DNA of 64,000 nucleotides from Mayamaea pseudoterrestris (Eukaryota): NCBI GenBank assembly GCA_027923505.1, contig BROI01000013.1, positions 744,001 to 808,000 of the forward strand, read 5' to 3'. Shown piece by piece: positions 56,007 to 64,000 of this stretch (position 1 is its first letter; each line of letters starts with the position of its first letter). The notes under the pieces were generated by a model. It saw only the letters and a program-made list of their open reading frames with translations, ran no database searches and was not told where the DNA came from. The position numbers and the translations under genes were made by a program.

Positions 56007-57121
56007 GGTGACGTCGCACGTTATTGCTGTTGCTGTTATTGCTAATTGCTGTACGCAAATTCACTCGTTCTACTACAAGACTCTTCCAAGATTCCTCTTC
56101 AATCAGAAACCGTCTCGAAAAGTCTGGTGCGAAGCAAAACGGTGCTCGTCGATCGGCGAACAAGAGGCGGTCGGACATTGACAGGTTTTTTTGTAAATTC
56201 AAGAACGAAACAAATCACCTAGCTCACAAGCCAGACGCGAAACGAAGCAGCGAATGCAAATAACGGGACCTTCTTCTCCCTCTAGACCATAATGAATGAA
56301 ATATATGTATTCATTCAGCTTGACCAGCAGTTTGTTAATTGCTGATTTCGCTTTCGCATGAACCGATTCACGATTAAGCGTATCGATGAGAAAAGTCGGC
56401 GGCTTTACCCAATTTCTCTGACGCGACAGCTCGTTCATTTTACTACTTTCCTCAGACTGGCCCGTGATTTAAACGCATGAAATTGCTCTTGCTGTGCTTG
56501 AGTAAAGATTCGACGTTCGACTCGTGTCGGCAAGTACAGGTAGAGGGCATGAGTCCAATTTTGTTCGTCGGAAACCCAATTATGTAGTCTTTTAAATTGA
56601 ATAAAACAACTCCTTTCGTTATATATTAGAAGGATGGTTCTTGTTATGATTTTGAACTGCAGATAGAGAGTGAAATACAAAAGCAAGCCGAGGCTGCTCC
56701 TTGATTCTTCTGCAAGTCGCTTGGCCCGTCCATGACTGCCGGCCCAACGGAACTTTGATAATATATTTCAACTTATAGATACAATGAGCATTATTGATCT
56801 GGTAGTCTGCGATACATGCAGTGGCGCAAAACCCCTGCCAAGTCGAGGTGAATCCGCCATGGTGAAAGTGATGGATCGGCACTTGCTCTTCAGCGATTGA
56901 TAGTTTTAAAATACGTGCAATACTGTAATGAGATATGGAGCTTGGGGAGTATATGAGTACCGCAACGACAGATAGTGACGTTTTGGGTTTTCACGTTCTC
57001 GTTTCGACAAAAGCCGTTGTGGAAGGTCCACGCTTTCGCTTCTGCCGCAACACCCCAAATTTGCGCCGACACCAAGGAGAGCGTGTACATACAAGCAATC
57101 AAAGCAGCAGGCACGAGAGAC

Positions 57122-58606
57122 ATGGAGACCTTGACATGGCCTTTGGGATTGTCGCATGCTGGCTTTCTGGAACGCATCGCGAATGCAAACACGCGAAATG
57201 CACTAAAGTCGCACTTTGTCATTGAGATTGATCAACGCTTTCTCCGAGCGTACAGCGAGCTTGCGGATACCCAGCGCGACAAAGTAGATGAGGCCTTGGT
57301 TGCCACTCCCATTGTTGAGGTCATTTTTCGAGATTTACCAGCCTCCATGGTGGATGGGCAATCGCTCGAGGCAGTTGGTAGCTTGTCGTTTGCCTTTGAG
57401 CATTTGCGCAAACATGTACTTGGGCTCATCCATTCCCTCGAGTGCGCTCGCTTTTTCTATGAGAATCGATTGGCTAGTACTGTCGGACGAGCTCTTCGAC
57501 GCCTGTTTGATCTGAAAACGGTGTATATATATTACGACGGGCACACACCCTGCTCAAACATGAATGATTTGATGAAAAGGCTCACAAAGCATCGTTCCAT
57601 CACGAAAGTGGGCCTGCAACTCTCTGCGCAGCTGTATTTGGCAGTTGTACCCTTATTTTTGTAGATGCCACTTTTAAAGTTGGTTGTTCTCGAATCGGCA
57701 AGTCTTGGACGTCTCGACCCATTGCTGCAGACCAAAGTCCATCACCACTTGCCATTCCATGTGTGCTTGCGCATCAAACTTTCGTCAACTTATGATTACG
57801 AGCGTATCGGAGCGGGAATCGCTGCAACAAAAGCCAGTGGGGTCCAGTTGGATAAAGTCTACCATGCGCATCCAAATATGCTACCATCGGTTTTGGCAGG
57901 CATTCAGCTGAAAACTCTAGATCTTTCCCATTACTCTGCGCATAGACGCGCGGATGTGACAATTTATACCAACCTGGCAAACGTACTGCCATCAATGACG
58001 ATGCTGGAATACTTCTCATGCTATGAGTTTGACCTACGCTTAAAGGATACATTGGACGATGCGATACTTTGCATTGCCCAAAAGTTAGCTTTGTGCCCTT
58101 GTCTGAAAGGGTTGACGCTCGACGTTTTTAACTATTCCGATGGAATGGATGTGGCGTTGGCGAATATCATTCATGCAAAGCCCGATATTAAATGGATTTG
58201 TGTTCAAAGTTGCCGAGACTCTGAGCCAAATGCCAAGTACACGTCACCTTTGCTGCTGGAAGCACTTGCGACAACGTTTTGTCCAGCAAGTGTTTTTTTG
58301 GGCGGAAGTGCAGGCTTGTGCATTTGGGATGCAACATTTATTGATACTCTTGGAACGATTCGTCGCCTTAACGTTGCAGGTCGGAAGTATCTGGCAAAGG
58401 ATGCGAGTAACGTACACCAGGGCGTCAAGGTCTTGGAGGCAGCAGCTGGCAATTTGAATGACGTCTATTATCACCTACGCGAGAACGCACTCTTGTGTGA
58501 GCGACCTCGGGTACTAACTATCGCAGGTGAAGAGTGTGCCAAGCGACAGCGCGAAACGACGACTGCAGGGGATCGGCCGACCAAATTTACTCATCGTGAA
58601 TTGTAG
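57122..58606 (+). pseudogene. RNI-like/LRR family copy 3, interrupted by in-frame TAG at 57662-57664
   Basis: ORFs 56975-57664 and 57665-58606 share a frame. VVPLFL*MPLL aligns with LLPATLKLPIL of copy 2. C-terminal LNVAGRKYL...QGVKVLEAA..NL..VYYHLRENA. Confidence 0.65.
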
Positions 58607-58998
58607 TAGGAAGCACGTTTTATAGGTTTTGCTCTGGTTGACACCATTACTGTGCCGTACTCTAGGAAGCAACAATTTTAGGTCTACCGTAGCTATGGTG
58701 GACACCATGACTGTACCCTACTTGAACCAGACTGTGACAAGAGTCCGATGCACATACTTTTACGCCCACAGTGCAGATTAGTGTTACTGGTAGTAGGGCG
58801 AATGTTAGCGAATGAGCGCATGCGCACACGATGAGTCAAATCATTTGCTGCGGCTGCTAAACATCCTTCGTATTGCGGCACCTATTTCAAACGCTCATGC
58901 ATAGTTTCTGTCCTACCGGTAATGACGTGAACAAACGTCGCACCACCATCGACTCGACGCCGCACAAAATCGTTCCTTGTCACACACTGATCGCCACC

Positions 58999-59761
58999 AT
59001 GAGGTTTCTTCCGTCGCTGCTGCAGCGGCTATCGCTGTACCAAATTCCAATGCAGCAACATGCGTGGAGTCAAATTGCCGTGCGGAATTTTGCTAGCAAA
59101 AAGGTACGGCAAAATACGACGTGAATGCGATGAGAGGCTCGCTTTTGCGAGCAAGGATTGACTGTCTCGCTTCGAATTGCGTCAAATAGTTCCTTGCAAC
59201 TGTTAAGAAGAGGAGGGAAACAATGAGAGATGAATTGCATAAATCCATGGTCTTTTCGATCACTCTGCAGAACAATGATAGTCGACGATTTTGCCGTTTG
59301 CCGCACCAACGCTGCAATTCAATCCGTCGCTCAATCAACCTTCGTTCTCGCCTCACCCTTACATTCAATTTCCATACTCGATTCAGCACAAGAATTTACT
59401 AAAATACGCCAAAGGCTATCGCGGCCGCTCCAAGAATTGCTTTCGGATTGCCATTCGTCGGATCGAAAAGGCCTGGCAGTACGCCTACCGGGACCGCAAG
59501 CGACGCAAGCGCGAGTGGCGCAAGCTGTGGATCATGCGACTGCAGGCGGCGTCGCGACTATATGGATACGGCTACTCGAGAATGATTCCGGCGTTGAAGC
59601 AGAGTCATATACAGTTGAATCGTAAAGTGCTGGCGGAGATTGCGGCGAATGAGCCGTTTGCCTTTTACTCCATTGTGCGAGTCATTGAAGCGACGAATGC
59701 TGGATTGGAAAGGAGACCAACGATGCAACACCATGATGAAAATCAAGACATGGTTGCGTAG
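58999..59761 (+). CDS. MRPL20: Mitochondrial ribosomal protein bL20m, 2 exons (intron 59104-59386)
   Basis: Transit-like MRFLPSLLQRLS...RNFASKK joined in phase 0 to HKNLLKYAKGYRGRSKNC...AWQYAYRDRKRRKREWRKLWIMRL...LNRKVLAEIAANEPFAF. Confidence 0.92.
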
Positions 59762-60029
59762 TGTACTGGTACCTGCTTGCTTGGCATTTGACGTTGTTGA
59801 CGAGGGAGGTGGATGGCGCTTTGTACGGACGACACAACATCATGCTGGAAACAGTAGTTCTACCGTCGGCTGCATACTCGTAAAGTTAATATGGGTAGAC
59901 CTTGGTAGGCAACTTTGCTCTTATTTAAATATGTATGTTAACAATCACTTGACATTTATACGATTCATTTGTTCACTCTGACATGTATATTAATTTGGAC
60001 GTTTACGTCCAATCCACAGACATTTTGTT

Positions 60030-63000
60030 TTACATTTCCGTCTGGTTCTTGCGCTCCTCCGCGTTGCGCAAGCCATGTATAATGCTTTGTAGATGCATCA
60101 TTTTGACCTCGTCCTCGGAAGTGTAAGAGGTGCTGGACGTTGTTTGGCGAATGTCGTCGTCTTCCTCCTTGCCATCGCTGGAATCAACGTCGACATCCAT
60201 GAGCGCCACGTTCAGTGTATCGTCCGGATTGGAGGTGACGCGTGGGGAACTAGCAGGTCGACTGGCTGGGCTGTCAATGGCAGTCAATCTTGGCGAGCCG
60301 TCGCGCCGGTTGGCGGGGCTGGTTGCCTTGACGCTGGTAGCTTCGCTCATGGGAAGACTTTGAGATGAAATGAGATTGATTGGGTTTTGCGCCGAATTAC
60401 GGCTGTGATGCGAATTCTTGCTCGCATGACTGCCACCATCATCGTCAGTCACTTTTTGGCTGGGTGATCCCTTGGTACTTGCTGGTGATGTAGGTGCACT
60501 GCGACGAGTGCGTGGACTTTGCGACTGTGCTCTGATGGGTGTATGATTCGCTCTGGCGTTTAACACCTGATCAAACTCTGCTGCTGTGAGCTTAAAAGAG
60601 CGCGACGACCCATCTCCATGAAGAACGTCATCTACGTTGGATGTTGTCGTGAGTGATCGTTTCGAAGTGGTAGAACGACTTACTTCGGATGGAATAGTTT
60701 TGGTATTGTTGCTATGGTGCGACGCCTGCTCTCCAGATACAACCGTCCGATCCGACAAGACTGGCGCATTCAACACGAGAGCGCGATTCGTATCGGATAT
60801 ACTTGGAGATTGTCCGGACGACGAGGTAGAATTATGCAAGCTTTGCGACCGTGGACTTGGCGAAGACGTTCCCGACAATGATCTTCCTCGAGACGCCGAC
60901 CTTGACGCTGCAGGCGAAAGGTCTCGTTGCTGCTGGATTCTGGACTTGAACGTTGTAAGCTCTGCCCCTAAGCGTTCCTGCGTAGTCCGGATTTTCGCCG
61001 ATGTTTTTAATGCTTGGTCGAGCTGCTTTCGCAGGTCACGGGCTTTTTGTGAGGGCGTTGATGTCTCCGAGCCGAAAGAATTGGCACGTCGCATGGATGG
61101 CTGGCGTGGTTTGTTTCTAGTGACATTTACGCTCGAGCTACGTCGGCGCTCTATCGTTACATCCTTCGATGAGCGAAAGCCCCTTCGACTTGATTCCATC
61201 AGTTCAGTCACATCGATTATGCTGCTTGCGCGGCTGTCAATTGATGGGTCAGTGCGTTTTGGCTTTGATTTTAGTGACGACCGGGAACTACCAGCTCTAG
61301 TCGTGTCATCGTAGACGTGCATGTGCTTTTCCTGCGCGCGCAACAGACGATCGTCGTCCAAAACAACCATATGCTTGACAATATTGTCGTACCTTGAAAA
61401 TAGGTCATCGACATCAACATGCTCCACATCATTTCCTGATGTGAATGAGCGACGGCCATCGTCGCCAGATATAAAACTCTGCTTTCGTCGTTCGCGAAGC
61501 CGATCGAGGACGGTCTGCAACCTTGGTGATCGAGTAAACTCTTTGCGCGGCGACGAAACAGCAATCGAATTCGGGTATTTTTCTATGAAATCGATATCCA
61601 TGCGTGATTCATCTGATGTATCATTAGCGCTTTTGGGACTTAGGGCAAGCGCTCGGGCTCGTTCGACACGTGACATAAAACTTGTCTTTTTCGTAAATTT
61701 TTGCGAGGCTTGGCTCGCCCAGGCATTCTCCTGTCTCGGCGACTCCGCAACTTCACCTTCAGACCGAGTCAACGCTAGAAGGAGGCTTGATTCATTGTCA
61801 CTGTGGCTTTGTGAATCATCGTCGGTGAGGACAACAAGCAAATTCGAATGACGTCCCAGCGACTTCTGCGCGCTTCTTGGACTTCGTTCATCACTCTGGA
61901 ATGACGCCTCAGATGCGACGCCATGTTTTGGTGGCATTCCAAGATCTTTCTCACCAGATGCACTGCCGAATCTTGCAACGTATTGCTGATTATTTCTATT
62001 GCAACTTATCTCATTGTCTTGCTCATCGTCTACTGTGGATTGATCAGCGGGTACCGTGGATCTTAGAAGGCTGTTTCTTACAACCTTTTCGCCATCAACC
62101 ACCTGTATTTCGAGCGGTACGCCATGATGCGTCAAACAATGGGCATCTGTACCCACAGCAATCATCGTTGGGACAGCTGAGGTCATCCGACTTTCCGACT
62201 CAATGGTCGATGGATCCCAAGCGGTTTTCTCGTCGCCGTATCCGTTCCGAATTCTTGATTGTGAGCGTTTGGAACGCGAAGACTTGCCCCTACACTCGTT
62301 CACTTCATCGCAGTTTTCGAATCGATCTTTGGACGCTGAACCCCTGCTAGAAGCATCTTCTCGCGACATATTACGGACTCTGCCGCGCTGAATTGCCTGG
62401 GATATTGAATCATGTGACATTCCTTCCGATTGACTTATCGTCTCGTTATCCGTAAAGACTGACTGACCTGCGCCTGCAAGTTTCTGTCGCAAGGAATCCT
62501 CGTGAATACGCAATCTTCTTTCAAGGGCGTCTTTCGTGACTATATCATTTGGAGGACAAGTCGAACCACACGGACTGAGCGGAGCGGCCGCTCGAGCAGT
62601 TTCTTGAAGTGACTCCACCATTGCTGATGGACCAGTCCACATACGTTCAATATTTTTAGACGCCATGTGCTGCGACGTTGCAGTAAATGGAGATATGAGA
62701 TCTGACGGACTGTCACTTCCACAGAACAATCGACCCCACGTTGAGCCTAATACTGGCTCGTCTCGGCCCTCATCTAAGTTCTTTTTCTGAATATCAACTT
62801 GCAAGGATTCTTCCGGACCGCTCACTTCCACTCGGTTCACTCCAATGAGGGACATCTTACCGTCCATTGACGCCGGACTAATCGAGGCAGATCGCTCAGC
62901 GCGCGATGTAGCGTCATCTGAAAGAGCCAAATGAAGAAAGAAGTCCTTGTTTTCACGTGCCATTGCATCTTCATCATTAGATATAACCAAGGAGAGAGTG

Positions 63001-64000
63001 TTGTTGTCGCTTACTGTTGACGCTGGCGATATGTGCTTGACGAGGCCTGGAGGATCCGCAGGCGTGCCTTCCGGAGAATTCGTGGAAAAGTTATTGATTG
63101 GTGTGCCCATAATGACGGGCCGATCTTGTCCTGATACATGAATGGATTTGTCGACGCCTGCTGGAATGGCATTAAGACAATGAAGATCAATAGCGTTCGC
63201 TACGCTGGTAACTTCACCTGTTGCGGCTTCCTGCTCAGCGTCGAGACTTTCAGATTCTTGTAGAGATACTTCAATACCTTGGACAATCTTGATATCCGAT
63301 GCATATACTGTGACATCGGTTCCGCGGACGACGAGTGAACCCGGCAGTGTTATCTTACTTGATTGACCATCGTGCTGTGACGATGCACTGATCCTATTGT
63401 CGCACTGCTGACTTAGCTTCGTTGTATCCAAGATTTGAGTGACTCTTGAATCTTTTTCAGATTGAGAGGAGCTAGACTGGCTTCGATGCGTCAGAACTGG
63501 AATCCTTGCAACACTTTCCGTCCTCGGACATTGTGAGGAGTGTGATGAGGACGAATGCAAACGCTGCTTCAGGCAAATATTTTCACCCTGGGGAGAGTCA
63601 TCGCCGTCCGATCGGCTGTAACTAAAAAAATCTCGCCTGCCATGGATCGAGTTAGAAAATTCATTTCTCCCGGCAACAACTGAAGCTTTATGATGTGGAT
63701 CATCGTCCAGCATAGACTCGAGCTCGTTCCCAACAAATCTCCCGGAAGTAACAATGAGAGGTTCCATCGAGTCGCATCCTGGCTTTGGCTTTCTTCGCCT
63801 CAAAGCTCCCAGCATCTGGATGCCAGGATCAATATCGCGTCCTTTAAGGATAGTCACGTGGCCAATATCCTCGCCTTGTACGACTGGAGCAACGACTAGT
63901 CGCGTTAGCGACAGAAGCTCCTCTGGCGTCGGTCCAAACATTGGTCTTTTCAGAACCATGCCGGCAACGTCATGTGATGTATTCACAGCAAGATAAGATG
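60030..64000 (-). CDS. Large Ser/Arg-rich low-complexity hypothetical protein; frame open to the window edge
   Basis: At least 1318 codons without a stop; disordered composition with short coiled coils (PSQKARDLRKQLDQALKTS..IR.TQERL..EL..FK). Confidence 0.75.
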   Translation of the reverse strand, partial: SYLAVNTSHDVAGMVLKRPMFGPTPEELLSLTRLVVAPVVQGEDIGHVTILKGRDIDPGIQMLGALRRRKPKPGCDSMEPLIVTSGRFVGNELESMLDDDPHHKASVVAGRNEFSNSIHGRRDFFSYSRSDGDDSPQGENICLKQRLHSSSSHSSQCPRTESVARIPVLTHRSQSSSSQSEKDSRVTQILDTTKLSQQCDNRISASSQHDGQSSKITLPGSLVVRGTDVTVYASDIKIVQGIEVSLQESESLDAEQEAATGEVTSVANAIDLHCLNAIPAGVDKSIHVSGQDRPVIMGTPINNFSTNSPEGTPADPPGLVKHISPASTVSDNNTLSLVISNDEDAMARENKDFFLHLALSDDATSRAERSASISPASMDGKMSLIGVNRVEVSGPEESLQVDIQKKNLDEGRDEPVLGSTWGRLFCGSDSPSDLISPFTATSQHMASKNIERMWTGPSAMVESLQETARAAAPLSPCGSTCPPNDIVTKDALERRLRIHEDSLRQKLAGAGQSVFTDNETISQSEGMSHDSISQAIQRGRVRNMSREDASSRGSASKDRFENCDEVNECRGKSSRSKRSQSRIRNGYGDEKTAWDPSTIESESRMTSAVPTMIAVGTDAHCLTHHGVPLEIQVVDGEKVVRNSLLRSTVPADQSTVDDEQDNEISCNRNNQQYVARFGSASGEKDLGMPPKHGVASEASFQSDERSPRSAQKSLGRHSNLLVVLTDDDSQSHSDNESSLLLALTRSEGEVAESPRQENAWASQASQKFTKKTSFMSRVERARALALSPKSANDTSDESRMDIDFIEKYPNSIAVSSPRKEFTRSPRLQTVLDRLRERRKQSFISGDDGRRSFTSGNDVEHVDVDDLFSRYDNIVKHMVVLDDDRLLRAQEKHMHVYDDTTRAGSSRSSLKSKPKRTDPSIDSRASSIIDVTELMESSRRGFRSSKDVTIERRRSSSVNVTRNKPRQPSMRRANSFGSETSTPSQKARDLRKQLDQALKTSAKIRTTQERLGAELTTFKSRIQQQRDLSPAASRSASRGRSLSGTSSPSPRSQSLHNSTSSSGQSPSISDTNRALVLNAPVLSDRTVVSGEQASHHSNNTKTIPSEVSRSTTSKRSLTTTSNVDDVLHGDGSSRSFKLTAAEFDQVLNARANHTPIRAQSQSPRTRRSAPTSPASTKGSPSQKVTDDDGGSHASKNSHHSRNSAQNPINLISSQSLPMSEATSVKATSPANRRDGSPRLTAIDSPASRPASSPRVTSNPDDTLNVALMDVDVDSSDGKEEDDDIRQTTSSTSYTSEDEVKMMHLQSIIHGLRNAEERKNQTEM

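Overview
Gene-dense eukaryotic nuclear DNA, most likely from a diatom (short GT-AG introns, an ASAFAP-type bipartite plastid presequence, diatom-style RNI/LRR and cyclophilin-like families). About 30 protein genes are supported. Housekeeping genes include NAE1/APP-BP1, RPL35A and RPS15A head-to-head, mitoferrin, CTP synthase, DNAJC11-like, ABCG, a peroxisomal carrier, MetX, cytochrome b561, GST, SDF2 and mitoribosomal L20. There are also two paralogous amino-acid transporters, a pyruvyltransferase, a rhomboid lacking its catalytic serine, three tandem acidic GPI-type surface proteins and three dispersed RNI/LRR-like paralogues (one broken by a TAG). The standout is a 10-exon gene on the minus strand (43249-56006) that I spliced by hand into one 4033-aa frame: 2x CCCH + RGG, a ZNFX1/UPF1-type SF1 helicase with a Cys/His-finger insert, NFX1-type fingers, a possible degenerate ADP-ribosyltransferase fold, four tandem CbbX/SpoVK-type AAA+ modules, a coiled coil and a terminal Cys/His motif. 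All nine of its introns sit in or next to conserved catalytic motifs. It is a candidate RNA-sensing or defence machine. I recognised no tRNA, rRNA, CRISPR array or intact transposon. All calls come from reading the sequence; no database searches were run.
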